A stretch of DNA of 63,077 bases, filler included, from Octopus bimaculoides (GCF_001194135.2; 8 parts of 8 records of this genome joined end to end with filler, not necessarily neighbours in it), one strand, 5' to 3'; positions 1-13,001 are shown, counted from the first letter of the whole stretch. Made by a program: numbers and translations. Notes: generated from the letters alone by a model not told the origin.

Positions 1-964
1 CACACACAGAGAGAAAAAGAAAATCATTACCAACGAAAAGGCACAAAATAATTTTTATGCTTTATCGTTGGTTGTGCTTTTCTGTGTATATATTTAAATT
101 TAAATGTTTTCCCCTTTCGACTTCGTTAGGGCGAAGTTGAACACAGGATTGTACTAATATTTTGTGTGTTTTTTTCTTTCTTTCTTTTTTTCTTTCTATT
201 CTGGGTGTGGTTATAGTTGCATTTCTGCAGTTTATGAACGTTTCTCATTAAAAACACTTCTGGAAAGAGCATTATTGTAATACTAGGAAATATCTGTAAA
301 AATATATATGCAGAAAGATTGGACAATCTAAATCCAATTATATTAGTTAGATTATTTATACTCTTTTGTGGATGATTGGATTGTTGATGGATATAGTGGT
401 AAGTTTACGATTTTCATACTACATAGTCCAAGATGGATTTAGAATCACCTTTATGAAATTTGGCAATGGCATAATTTGTATCCTTAATGAATAGTAGTAT
501 ATAAATTTAAAAGATCAAATATAATTTGATTTTAATTCTCGCTTCAAGTTGAAAATTACAGTTATTAAAAGAAAAGACACCAACGTCTCTATAAAGGCTG
601 CCTGCAATGGAGAGGAATTTAGTTTTAGATTTAGGTAATAAAAATAAAGCAATGATGTCACAGGTTTAAACTGAATCATAAGCCTGGCAGGCAGTAAAGG
701 GACTGTTTCATAATCCGTATGCAATTATCAGAATTCACGACAGCTTTTAATGTTTTTAGTATTATATATATTTCTGTATCACTAATGATGGAATCTGAGT
801 TAGCAAAATCGAGTGAGTTGATGACGAACAGTTTAGTTAGAGAAGCGTAATTTCAAAAAAATCTAGAGCATGAATTATTAGGAATAAATTTGAACCAACT
901 GATTATAACTAGGGTATTATTTCATAAACAAAAGGGTAATACCTCCTAACTGTTTTGGAATAAT

Positions 965-1171
965 ATTTTCTTCTCTAGGCACAACGCCCGAAATTTTGGG
1001 GAAGGAGGCCAGTATATTAGATCGTCCCCAGTTCACACTTGGTATTTAATTTATCGACCCCGAAAGTTTGGAAGGCAAAGTCGATCTCGGCGGAATTTCA
1101 ACTCAGAACAGCAGACGAAATATCGCTAAGCATTTGCCCGGCGCGCTAACGTTTCTGCCAGCCCGCCGCCT
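965..1171 (-). mobile_element. tRNA-derived SINE (family A) with 14-bp target-site duplication
   Basis: Reverse complement of the family A head/core seen in many + copies in this window (GGCAGAAACGTTAGCGCGCCGGGC...GACTTTGCCTT...GGGGTCGATAAATT). Flanked by identical TGTTTTGGAATAAT at 951-964 and 1172-1185. Confidence 0.9.
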
Positions 1172-1531
1172 TGTTTTGGAATAATTTTATCTATGTTTAC
1201 TTACTATACCTATCTAATTTAGCTAAGTTAATTGATCTGCCGATTAATCTACTGCAGTTCTCAAATGGGAAATAAGGTTGTTTATGAGTAATAAGGTGAT
1301 TTCTGCCATCTTTTAGCCTCTGAAGGTGATCTCACCCAGAATGTTCCATTGGTTGCTCATAGGTATTTGCGGAAGAGATGGAAACGTATAAATGGCATGT
1401 AGCATTGCCTTTTTTGTTTTTGGCCTTATCGAGGCACAAAATATTTTTGTTTGAGGTTTGGTATTCTTTATTTTTACATTTAGTTTAAACAGGAAGTAAA
1501 TGCTTATCTTTATAAATTTAATATTTCAAAT

Positions 1532-1734
1532 GAACCAGTTAGCACACCGGTTAAAATGCTTACTGGTATTTCGTCCATTTATATGTTCTGAGCTCAAATT
1601 CCGCCGAAGTCCTCTTTGCCTTTCGTTCTTTCGGGGTCGATAAAATAAGTACCAGTTGAACACTGGAGTCGATGTAATTGACATACCCACTCTTCCATAA
1701 TTGTTGGCCTTGTGCCAACATCTCTAACCAATAT
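1532..1734 (+). mobile_element. SINE family A copy
   Basis: GTTAGCACACCGG...GTTCTGAGCTCAAATTCCGCCGAAG...CTTTCGGGGTCGATAAAATAAGTACCAGTT core shared with other copies. Confidence 0.85.
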
Positions 1735-2007
1735 TTTAAATAAACGGAAATCTCCTCTTCCGAAGTCTGAGAAGCTTGTTTATAGATGACCACGCGAGAG
1801 ATTGATATGCAAATCTGAAGTCGTCCAAATATTCTTCTTGTTTTCATAGACAAATAAACATCATGTTAAATGTTTGCTGAAGCTGTGAGTTTTCATTTAA
1901 TTAAATAGATTTTGCTAGAAGGAGTATCGATATTTTGGATGGTTAAAGGTTTTAAAATTCTTATTGAAATGTTCAGCTTAAAAGAGTTCAATATTTAAAC
2001 ATACATT

Positions 2008-2464
2008 AAGACGGTGAGCTAATAGAATCGTTAGGTCACCAGGCAAAAATATTTAGCAGCATTTCGTCCGACTCTACATTCTGAATTCAAATTCTGCCAA
2101 GATCACCTTTACCTTTCGACCATTCGGGGCTGATAAAATAAGCAGCGATTGAACACTGGGTACGATGTAATGGACTTAATCCCTCCCCCCGAAATCGCTG
2201 GCTTTATACCAAAATTTGAAACCAATATTTAAATGTACATCAAGGCGGTGAGCTGGCAGAATCCTTACTACGCCCGGAAAATTACTTAACGATATTTCGC
2301 CAGTGTTCAATGTTCCGAGTTCAAATTCCGCCGAGGTCGACTTTGCTTTGCATCCTTTCGGAGTCGATAAAGTATATACTTGATGAACACTGTAGTCGAT
2401 GCAATTGACTTGTCTACCTTCCCCGAAGTTGCTTGCCTTGTACCAAAAATTTGAAACCAATATT
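2008..2464 (+). mobile_element. Two tandem SINE family A copies (about 2008-2230 and 2242-2464)
   Basis: Both start AAG(A/G)CGGTGAGCT, carry the TTTGC/ACCTTT...CGATAAA core and end in AATTTGAAACCAATATTTAAA. Confidence 0.85.
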
Positions 2465-2920
2465 TAAATATGCGTCCATAAAGACAGACGGATCAAAAAT
2501 CTTAGTAGACTCAGTAAGTTAAAAGCAATGTATTTTAGTTAATTAAATCTATTGATTTGTTTGCTTGAATGAAATTAATTGCTAGCTGGAATAAAATTCA
2601 TCGAAACTATTGTAAGAGGGTTAAGACCATTATATATGTGTCAAGCAAAAAATAAGTTTGAAGAAAAGAGTAGAGGAAAACTATGAATGCGTTAAGAGTA
2701 GGTGGAGTTAGAAATAATGCCGGTTATTCAATATAATATAGAGGAGCACAAAGTGGATGAAGTTTGAAATGAAATTTTAGAATTCATTATACTTTTTATA
2801 GAAGAGAGCTGGTTAAGCGTAAAGAGGGGAGGTAACTTAAATTTGCTATATCGGTTGAATGCCAGGAATATTGTCCGTTATAAATTCAAAACCCCTGCAG
2901 CGATAAGTATATGATACGCA

Positions 2921-3310
2921 TACAAACGTACGTATACACCGCACACACGTGCACACACACACACATACACACGTACATACAGACACCCCCCCACACACAC
3001 ACACACGTACACACACACAAACTCACACACACACACACACACACACAAACTCACACACACACACACGTACACACGCACACACACACATACACACACAAAC
3101 TCACACATACACACACATACACACACNNNNNNNNNNNNNNNNNNNNNNNNNNNNNNNNNNNNNNNNNNNNNNNNNNNNNNNNNNNNNNNNNNNNNNNNNN
3201 NNNNNNNNNNNNNNNNNNNNNNNNNNNNNNNNNNNNNNNNNNNNNNNNNNNNNNNNNNNNNNNNNNNNNNNNNNNNNNNNNNNNNNNNNNNNNNNNNNNN
3301 NNNNNNNNNN

Positions 3311-3340
<30 letters not shown>
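2921..3340. repeat. (CA)n compound microsatellite spanning an assembly gap
   Basis: Direct reading; the overlapping HT/CV/X ORFs are artefacts of it. Confidence 0.95.
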
Positions 3341-3341
<1 letters not shown>

Positions 3342-3713
3342 GCACCAGAAAAGTTTTGTTCTTATCCTCTCATTTCCGTTCTCTGCAGATATCCACAGGT
3401 GATTTTACAAATGGATTCCTCACATATCATTTTACAGGAAAAAATGTCTGCACTTTCAAACATGACTACAAAATGAGATGTAAATGCAGCGAACGCATGA
3501 AATATGTTTGTGTCTGTGTGTCTTTTCTGTGGACATGTATTTAGTTAGTTCTTTTATTCATTAGTCAGTTAGTTAGTTAATCACAAACAGTAATTATTGA
3601 GTTAATCAGTTCTGCGTGCTCCATGAGAAGATGAAAATGTGAGAGTGATAAGGCATATAGACACATGAATGCAATAGTTGGTAATTGCTTGTGGAAGAAT
3701 AATGGTTATTTCT

Positions 3714-3749
<36 letters not shown>

Positions 3750-3750
<1 letters not shown>

Positions 3751-4863
3751 CCCAGGTTGAACAGTATGAGGGAAGTGCAGCAACTATAGTTGCAAAGAAG
3801 GTGAAATCAACAGCAAAGCAAAATGCGCTTGAACAATTGGCTGATAGGTGGGAACAAAATACTCTGCATTGCAAATATGTGGCCCATAGCAAACAAGCTG
3901 ATGTAGACCAAAAGCACACTTAACAGTGGCTACGGATCCCAGAACTAAAGGCAGAGAGTGAAGGCTTTATCTTGGCTGCCCAAGATCAGAGCTTATTGAC
4001 CCGGAACTATCAAACCAATGTGATGGAAAATGGTGTAGACCCAAAGTGCCAATATTGCAAAGATGGAATAGAAACAGTCGACCACCTAATCTCTGGGTGT
4101 AAGATTTTAGCACCTGTAGAGTATAAATCAAGACATGACAGAGTTAGTCAATATCTACAGTGGATAATGTGTCGGCATTATAAAATCAAAACTGCTGACA
4201 AATGGTACAAACACCACCCTGAGACTACAACTGAGGGAGAGAATGTAACTATTCTTTGCGACTTCCCAGTATGTACGTATCAGACCATCAAGGCAAATAA
4301 ACCAGATATTGTCGTGAAAGAAAACGCAATAAAGTCTGTTTATTGATTGACATGAGTATATCCTATGACTATAATACCTCGGCAAAAGAATTTGATAAGC
4401 TCAGAAAATATAAAGATCTGCTAATCGAAATCGAAAAGATGTGACATCTCAAGACGGTTACAACACCAGTGATTGTAGGGGTACTTGGAATGATCAAAAA
4501 AGGAACTGAAAATTATTCAAGAATGATCCCTGGTTTACCATCCATGCAGGAAGTGCAAAAGATTGTCTTAAATGGTACGTCACACGTATTGAGAAGAGCA
4601 TTGTCGCTGTGAATTTTCTTTCCTTTTTCTCCCTTCATTTTACTTGTTTATTTTTCTATTTTCTATTTTTTAATTTTTTTCTATTTCTCATTTTTTCCTT
4701 TTTCTCTCAGTCTTCTTTTTCTCTGTCACATGACTGTAAGTGAACAATCTGATGAGTTTGTTTTAATGGCCTACCAATGTTTACAGTACGTTTTTTCTGT
4801 CCTAGGTGTCAGGAAAACACCCGGCAAGAAATGAAAACAGAATTGAAAGAATATGCAAATGAA
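3750..4863 (+). mobile_element. 5'-truncated, decayed R4/Dong-type non-LTR retrotransposon (RT C-terminus, CCHC knuckle, restriction-like endonuclease, 3' UTR) within a (TAA)n tract
   Basis: Translation gives W..LH..Y...QWL..ELKAESEGFILAAQDQSLLTRNY, CQYCKDGIETVDHLISGC, RHDRV and ANKPDIVV. After a frameshift it continues KEFDKLRKYKDL...PVIVGVLG...GTSHVLRRALSL* (stop 4610-4612). Contains internal stops. (TAA)n lies on both sides (about 3714-3748 and 4864-4920). Confidence 0.92.
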
Positions 4864-4923
<60 letters not shown>

Positions 4924-5094
4924 GGGAGTGACAACAAAAGAAAAAAAATCCACGGTGGAAAAGAAGAATACAGGCAGGGCTAGATATGCTGTCGAAGGAC
5001 ATTTCTGTGTTAGACCGAAACGAAAAGGGAGAGCTTAAAGACGAACAAAAATACAAGGCACTGAACACCTTGTTAAATGCTGACCAGGTAACCA

Positions 5095-5612
5095 AGTAAA
5101 CCAGGCAGTAGCTCTAGTGACTTCTGATCTTAAATGATTGGAAGTGTTAACATGAATAAGCTTTTTCTTGGTGTAAATGTGGGCTATTGCAAATATTCTA
5201 CTTAATACCACAGATTTGCTTTTCACTCGTTTGATCTTAACCAGTTGAACATGTCTCTTAGTGGCTGACAATATGTGCATCTCTGATCATGAGCAGGTGT
5301 AGTGGAGGAACATCATAGCCATGTGTCGAGAGGAATTCTTTTGGGGTTTGAATATTTCATCTCTGGAAACATGGGTGTTTCGTTTATCATCTTTATACAA
5401 CCCTTTTTCTGAATCCTTTTAAATAGGATGGACTCAACTGCAAGGTCATGCGCCGTTTATCTCGGTACAAGGTCACCATGTCATGCACATATGGTTGTGA
5501 TGCATGTGCCATGTGTACCCTAATCAAACAGGCAGTTATGATGGATATATTGGGCTTCGTATATTTGTACCCCAGCGTCACTCTGATGGCGTGTGTTGCT
5601 CTCTCCCTTCAT
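5095..5612 (+). mobile_element. Non-coding interspersed element ending in a CAA/TAA tract (probable non-autonomous partner of TAA-targeting LINEs)
   Basis: About 200 nt are shared with 8525-8735 (CTTCTGATCTTA..TGATT.GAAGTGTTAACATGAA; CTTAACCAGTTGA.CATGTC.C.TAGTGGCTGAC). Both copies adjoin (AAT)n-type tracts. The partner relationship is inferred. Confidence 0.65.
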
Positions 5613-5691
5613 AACAACGACGACAACAAAAACAATAATAATAATAATAAGTACAACGACGACAACAACAATAAAAATAATGATTACAACG

Positions 5692-6135
5692 AAAGTAGCG
5701 AGCTGGCAGAAACGTTGGCACGCCGGGCGAAATGCTTAGCGGTATTTCGTCTGCCGCTAGGTTCTGAGTTCAAATTCTGTCGAGGTTGACTTTGCCTTTC
5801 ATCCTTTCGGGGTCGATTAAATAAGTACCAGTTACGCACTGGGATCGATATAATCGACTTCATCCCTTTGTCTATCCTTGTTTGCCCCCTCTGTGTGTAG
5901 CCCCCCTTGTGGGCAGTAAAGAAATAAGAAACGTTAGCCCACCGGACGAAATGCTTAGCGGTATTTCGTCTGTCTTTATGTTCTGAGTTCAAATTCCACC
6001 GAGGTCGACTTTGCCTTTCATCCTTTCGGTGTCGATAAAGTAAGTAAGTACCAGTTGCATACTACAGTCGATCTACTCGACTGGCCCCCCTCCCCCCAAA
6101 TTTCGGGCCTTGTGCCTTGAGTAGAAAAGAATAAT
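5692..6135 (+). mobile_element. Two tandem SINE family A copies
   Basis: Full head AGCGAGCTGGCAGAAACGTTGGCACGCCGGGCGAAATGCTTAGCGGTATTTCG and core, repeated at about 5692-5927 and 5928-6135. Confidence 0.9.
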
Positions 6136-6597
6136 GATTACAATATCAACAATAATAAATAACTCCTAAAATATTGATACGAAATGTCGTCTGCATGTAG
6201 AGTTCCTTTGAAACAACATATCACTTTTTATCAGTATACTCTGTAGAAACTTCAACAAATTATACTTGGAAGCAATATGGTGTAGCAAAACACTGCTCTA
6301 GATACACATAACCACACGATTTAAAGTGACTGGAGACGAACATTTTCTGGTATTTTATATGAAACTTGTCTGGGAAAACGACAATAGAAACATACACAAG
6401 AATTTTTAACATACAGACCGCAAGATAGAATATAATAAGTCAGGCATGATTTTCCGTCGCAAAAATGATAATGACATATTAAATATTGACACAGTAATAC
6501 TAAATGACTCAGTCGTATAGAAACGAGTTGTGTTTAGTTAAAAGTATGTTAAATGAATTAAAGAAAGTGTCAATCTCTTCATTTATAATTGACGTCA

Positions 6598-7004
6598 AGT
6601 ATGGCTGTGTGGTTAAGAAGACCAACCATGTGGTCTTGAGTTCAGTCTCACTGCGTGGGACCTTGGGCAAGTATTTTCAAATTTAACCTCAGGCCGACCA
6701 AAGTCTTGTGAGTGTATTTTGTACACAAAAGACCGTCGTAGGTGTGAGTGGCTATGTTGTAAGAAGTTTGCTTCCCAACCACACGGTTCTGGGTTCAGTC
6801 ACACTGTGTGATACCTTGTGCCGACCAAATCATTGTGAGTGGACTTAGGAGACAAAAACCGTCGTAGGCGGTTTGCTTCCCGACCATACGGTTCTGCGTT
6901 CAGTTCCACTGCGTGGCATCACGTGCAAGTATCTTCTACTGTAGCCTTGGACCACCCAATGCCTTGTGAATGGATTTGGTTGACAGAAACTGGAAGAAAT
7001 GCGT

Positions 7005-7010
<6 letters not shown>
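6598..7010 (+). mobile_element. Three successive 5' halves of the microsatellite-containing SINE (family BC)
   Basis: GTGGCT.TGT.GT.AAGAAG...CCAACCA..GG..CTG.GTTCAGT..CACTG repeated at about 6600, 6750 and 6875, ending in AAAAA/GAAA-CCGTCGTA-like motifs. Confidence 0.75.
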
Positions 7011-7044
<34 letters not shown>

Positions 7045-7056
7045 NNNNNNNNNNTT

Positions 7057-7530
7057 GACAACGCTTGACAACTGATGTTGGTTTGTTTACGTTCCCGTAA
7101 CTTAGCGGTTCAGCAAAAGATCAATAGGACAAGTATCAAACATAAAAGGAGTACTGGAGTCGATTCGACTAAAATCTCTTCAAGGCGCTGCCCCAACATG
7201 GCCGCAGTGTAATGACCGAAACAAGTAAAAGATAAAAAAAAAAATGTATATGTCTACGTGCTTGTGTGTGTGTGTGTGTGTCCGTGTGTGTCCGTGTGTG
7301 TGTGTATGTATGTGTGTGTGTGTGTGCATGTGCGCGTGCTTGTATTTGTTCCTTGTCACTGCTTGACACCCAGTGTTGGTTTGTTTACGCCCCCGTGATC
7401 TAGCGATCCGGGAAAAGAAACCGATAAAATAAGTAAAAATCTTTAAGAAAAACAATCCTGGTGTGTGGTTGACTTGTTCGGCTAAATCCTAAAAGTTGTG
7501 GTTCCGGTCCAATGACCGAAACAAGTAATA
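7057..7530 (+). mobile_element. Two 3' halves of SINE family BC separated by (TG)n
   Basis: CTTGACA....TG.TGGTTTGTTTACG..CCCGT.A.TTAGCG.T.C.G.AAAAGA and GT..AATGACCGAAACAAGTAA, matching 33395-33580 and 50575-50765. Confidence 0.8.
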
Positions 7531-7709
7531 AACGAAGAAATGTAATGGGAATGAAACGACCGTTTTCATAAAGATGTTGATATATATTATCTGTAATGGA
7601 CATAGGCACGTTCCAGAAAATAACAAATATCTGCATCTATAAACGTTGTTAGAGTATTCTCAAAATTTGGTAACATTAAGCAATTTTTTGTTAGTGGTTA
7701 ATATATTCG

Positions 7710-8150
7710 GAAAAGGTGGCGAGCTGGCACTACAGTTAGTACGCCAGGCAAAAAGCTTCGCATCACTTCGTCTGTCCTTACGTTCTGAGTTCAACTTTCG
7801 TTGAGGTTGACTTTGCCGTGCACCCTTCCGGAGTCGATAAAATAAGTACCAGTTGAACCCTGGGGTCGATCTAAATTGTTGGCCTTGTATCAAAATTTGA
7901 AACCAATATACTTCGTTAAGACAGCGAGCTGGTAGAATCGTTAGTACGCCGAGCAAAAATGCTTAGTAGTATTTCGTCCATTTGTCCATTTTGAGTTCAA
8001 ATTCTTCTGAGGTCGAATTTGCCTTACATGCTTTCAGAGTTGATAAAATAAATATCAGTTGAGCACTGGGGTTGATGTAGTAGACTAAACGTACAGATGG
8101 ACGAAATACCGCTAAGCATTTTGTCCAGCGTGCTAACGATTCTCCGAACT
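7710..8150 (+). mobile_element. SINE family A cluster: two + copies and an inverted head remnant (about 8093-8150, minus)
   Basis: GCGAGCTGG head at about 7718 and 7924; the reverse-complement head GACGAAATACCGCTAAGCATTTTGTCCAGCGTGCTAACGATTC follows. Confidence 0.8.
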
Positions 8151-8160
8151 CGATGTCTTC

Positions 8161-8162
8161 AA

Positions 8163-8243
<81 letters not shown>

Positions 8244-8258
8244 AACAATAATAATAAC

Positions 8259-8289
<31 letters not shown>

Positions 8290-8461
8290 GTACTGATAAC
8301 TTGTCTCTTGAGACTTGGAACCAACTTGTACAAATACAAAGCAAAAGTCAAACATATAATGATGCCAATAATAATAATAATAATAATAATAATTAATTCT
8401 TTTATTGGCCACAAAGGTTAGGATAAATCAAAACATAATAATAATAATAGTAATAATAATG

Positions 8462-8518
<57 letters not shown>

Positions 8519-8525
8519 GTAATAG
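8161..8525. repeat. Compound (AAT)n/(GAT)n microsatellites
   Basis: Direct reading; source of the poly-N/D/I/Y ORFs. Confidence 0.95.
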
Positions 8526-8735
8526 TAAATTCCCTGATGCTGTACCAGGCAATGAGTCTCATGGCTTCTGATCTTAGCTGATTAGAAGTGTTAACATGAA
8601 CATGTCTTGAGTTGATCTTAAAGATGGTCTACCACAAATATTCTGATCTGCTCACCACCTTAAATTTGCCTTAAGGTCAGTTGCTTGACCTTAACCAGTT
8701 GAGCATGTCCCGTAGTGGCTGACGACACGTATCAG
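8525..8735 (+). mobile_element. Partial copy of the element at 5095-5612
   Basis: Local similarity as described for 5095-5612. Confidence 0.65.
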
Positions 8736-9496
8736 GGATCAACCAGTACTTCATTTCATCGACCTCAAAAGGATGAAATGCAAAGTTGGCATCAGCCGTG
8801 TGTGCACGTAGAACGCGAGAAACTGGAAGAAATGCTGCTAAGCATTTTTGTTCGACGCAAAAAGGATTCTGCTGGCTCACCTCCTCAATAATTCTTCCTA
8901 CTAAAGGCACAAGACCTGAAAATTTTGGCTGGAAAGCTGCTTGTTAATTACATCAAATTCTGTGAGGCATTTACGTTCTGAGTTCAAATTCCGTCGAGGT
9001 GGATTTTGCTTTCATCATTTTGTGTTCGGTAAATTTGAAACCATTATTATTATTATTATAATTACCAGTTGCGTACAAGAGTGACTACCTACTTTCGCAT
9101 AATTTTAGGCCTTGTGCCTTTAGTAGAAAAGATAATTTTTATTGGCTGAATCGTATTATTGGCTGAATCGTATTATTGGCTGAATTATTAGCACGCAGGA
9201 CGAAATGTTTAGCGGTATTTCGCCCGTCGCTATGTTCCGAGGTCGACTTTGCCTTTCATCCCTTCGGGGTCGATAAATTATGTACCAGTTGAGTACTGGA
9301 GTCGATGTAATCGACTGTCTCCATCCCCACAAAATCCAGTCCTTGTGCCTATAGTAAATAGAATTATCATTATTATTATTATTCAGTAGTTTTATTTTTA
9401 TAACGTGCTTTCACTTCACTACTGAGCGCAGCTCTGTGTGCCTTGGGTATGTGCTGTGGTTTGCTGTGATGCTCTTAAGGTTACTGTATTGAAAGT

Positions 9497-9534
<38 letters not shown>

Positions 9535-9935
9535 ACGCTGAGGGCAGCGAGCTGGCAGTATTGTTAGTGCGCCGGACGAAATGCTTAGCGGTATTTCGTC
9601 TCTCTGAGTTCAAATGCCGGGGTTGACTTTGCCTTTCATCCTTTCGGGGGTCGATAAATTAAGCACCAGTGAAACACTGGATTCGATGCAATCCATTTAT
9701 CCCCTCCTTACAAAATTTCAGGCCTTGTGCCTTTAGTAGAAAGTATTATTCAGGCGCTGAGCATGGCCAAAGTCGTTAGCACGCCAGACAAAATGTTAAG
9801 CGGCATTTCTTCTGTCTTTATGTTCTGAGTTCAAATTCCGCCAAGGGCGTCGATGAAATAAAGTACCAGTTCAGCACTGGAGTCGATGTAATCGTTTTGT
9901 CCCTTTCAGCTTTTTCTGCCTCTAGAAGAAAGGGT
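8736..9935. mobile_element. Dense cluster of about five decayed SINE family A copies (minus at about 8736-8930; plus at about 8960, 9186, 9540, 9750)
   Basis: Repeated GACTTTGCCTTTCATCC.TTCGGGG.TCGATAAATT core and GGCCTTGTGCCTTTAGTAGAAA tail. Confidence 0.8.
9383..9499 (-). mobile_element. 3' end (last codons and 3' UTR) of a second TAA-tailed LINE family
   Basis: Near-identical to 34687-34793. On the minus strand it reads ACACTTTCAATACAGTAA (TLSIQ*), a UTR, then an (AAT)n tail. Confidence 0.7.
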
Positions 9936-10028
9936 TATTGCTGTTGTTGTTGTTATTATTGTTATTACCATCATTATCATTATTATTTCAAAAGAAGAAA
10001 ATCAACAAAGACTTAAATCACTTCTGTC

Positions 10029-10059
<31 letters not shown>

Positions 10060-11181
10060 TTGTCTCTCTCTCACTCACCCCATCTCTGTCTCTCTCTCTC
10101 CCTCCCACTCTCTCTTTACCTTATCAACCAAATGTAATCAGTTTGGAAAAAGTCCGTCCGCTGAATTAGTGTAAATCCAGCAACACTGCTATGTTTGTGT
10201 TTGTGTGTTCGTCCCCATAATCTTACAACTTCCATGCTTATAATAGTCGATATTGGTGTGTTGAAGTATGATAAAAGAGTATATGAAAGTATATAAAACA
10301 ATAATTTACGTAGAAAAAAACTAAATACAATATATAAAGAAGTATATTAAAAGAGAAGATAAGTAAGTGAAGGGATATATATATATTGGAAAAATATATA
10401 ATCACTTTTTTTTTAAAGCCAAATATCAACCTACAACCAGTCGTCTCATGTATGTATGTATGTATGTATGTATGTATGTATGTGTGTGTGTGTCTGTGTT
10501 TGTGTGTGTGCGCGCGTATGTATGTATGTATGTATGGATGCATGTATCTACGTGTGCGTGCGTGTGTGNNNNNNNNNNNNNNNNNNNNNNNNNNNNNNNN
10601 NNNNNNNNNNNNNNNNNNNNNNNNNNNNNNNNNNNNNNNNNNNNNNNNNNNNNNNNNNNNNNNNNNNNNNNNNNNNNNNNNNNNNNNNNNNNNNNNNNNN
10701 NNNNNNNNNNNNNNNNNNNNNNNNNNNNNNNNNNNNNNNNNNNNNNNNNNNNNNNNNNNNNNNNNNNNNNNNNNNNNNNNNNNNNNNNNNNNNNNNNNNN
10801 NNNNNNNNNNNNNNNNNNNNNNNNNNNNNNNNNNNNNNNNNNNNNNNNNNNNNNNNNNNNNNNNNNNNNNNNNNNNNNNNNNNNNNNNNNNNNNNNNNNN
10901 NNNNNNNNNNNNNNNNNNNNNNNNNNNNNNNNNNNNNNNNNNNNNNNNNNNNNNNNNNNNNNNNNNNNNNNNNNNNNNNNNNNNNNNNNNNNNNNNNNNN
11001 NNNNNNNNNNNNNNNNNNNNNNNNNNNNNNNNNNNNNNNNNNNNNNNNNNNNNNNNNNNNNNNNNNNNNNNNNNNNNNNNNNNNNNNNNNNNNNNNNNNN
11101 NNNGTAAACATTCACACATAGATATGTGTCTATACATAAATATTCCCACATCATACACATTACTTGATATCTGTCTATCTG

Positions 11182-11229
<48 letters not shown>

Positions 11230-11827
11230 GTCTCTCTATCTATCTATCTATTTATCTATCTGTCTGTCTATGAACATTGAGCTGACACACGCATTCACGA
11301 ACACATACATACATACATATGATACAATACAATACAATACAATACAATACAATAAGCGATATGAAAACACGAGATTTTTATATTTTTGTAATTATATTAA
11401 TACCTGAGGCCCCACCCTACAGAACAACACACGCAAACGCACGCACTAACACACACACACACACACATGCACACACACAAGCACACACACACGCTGATTT
11501 AATCTGGAGAAAATATATTGCCACCAAAAAAAAAAGAAAAGAAAAAACAGAAGGAACCATGTAGAAAACATCAAATTAAAAGAAGCAGAAGAACAAAAAG
11601 AATAAGTCGGCAATTTATTAATAATATAAATGATACGTATTAATTGCCATAGCTAAATGATATCATATAAACTGGTGAAATGGCTCGTTATTATCGATAT
11701 ATATATATGCATAATATTATCCATGTATAAATATATGCGCGCGTGTACGCGTGTGTGAGTGTCCGTGCTGCGCGTTGTTTATGTATATAACTATATTTGT
11801 GTATGTGTGTTTGTGTATATATCTATA

Positions 11828-11874
<47 letters not shown>

Positions 11875-12094
11875 CCAGCAGTCTGTGTTTATTTAATATG
11901 CTTTGTGGAGAAAAAAGTTATTACAGCATAATACATATTCATCATGCCTGAAATACGATTTGAATTAATATCTATGTGTTTATATTTCTATATAGTTCTA
12001 TATATTTCTTTTGAAACTCATGTGTATATATATATCTTCACTCGAACATCGCTATGTGTGTGTGTGTGTGTGTTGTGTGATCTCTGCGCGCGCG

Positions 12095-12149
<55 letters not shown>

Positions 12150-13001
12150 CGAATGCATATCTGTGTGTGTTCTTTGTGTCTGTGTGTACATCTTTACACG
12201 TAATTGGCAGAGAAATAGCATAGCTACTCGTATGATGTATAGTTTACATACTTATGCATATATATGCATATACACTCTGAATGTGTGTGTGTGTGTGTGC
12301 GTGTATATATATATATATAGACACACACACACTCACACAAACACACACATAAATATGTGTGTATGTGTATGGGCCTATATGTATATGTACATACGTATGC
12401 ATATGCATGTATGTATCTACGTATGTACATATGTATGTATGCATGTACGTATGTATATATATATATGCATGCATGTATGCTTGTTTTGTATGAGTGAACG
12501 TACGTAATACATACAAACGTAGATACGTACGTATGAACGCATGTATGTATGTATGTGTGCTTGTGTACATATATGTATGTATGGATGTATGTATGTAAGA
12601 ATGCATATGTATGTATGCATGTATGAATGTATGTATGTATGTATGTATGTATGTATGTATGTATGTATGTATGTATGTATACACGCGCATCATCTCATCC
12701 ACACATTTTCATTGTTCTAAAGCTATTTGGAGAATATTTCAACTATAAAATGTGTCAATATAGATATGAAAGTGCATACATAAAGGTTTGTATGTGTAAG
12801 TTTGTGTGAATGTGTTGTATGAGTTCATGTATGTGTTTATGAAAGCATTTGTCCGTGAGTGTGTGTGCGTGCGTATTTTGTGCGTGTGAGTGTGGCCTGT
12901 TCATTAGTGTACCAGGAGCCATAAATTAATGTTATTTTGTCTACAAGAGTGTCACTGTTCACATGTAGATTCGAAGAAATATGTTCTGCACACAATATAG
13001 A

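Noticed and set aside
4748-4760. CTGATGA in the LINE 3' UTR as a hammerhead core
   Set aside because: No stem II or paired GAAA(C)-GUH downstream. Similar unpaired CTGANGA hits at 17813, 19479 (RT YTDD codons), 43072, 46014 (-), 52732 (-) and 58283 were also rejected.
8097-8421. Poly-N/poly-D/poly-M low-complexity proteins
   Set aside because: Translations of (AAT)n/(GAT)n microsatellites starting in a SINE remnant.
9139-9185. 17-bp unit x about 3 containing ATTGG as a CCAAT-box array
   Set aside because: A local slippage duplication at a SINE-SINE junction; no promoter context.
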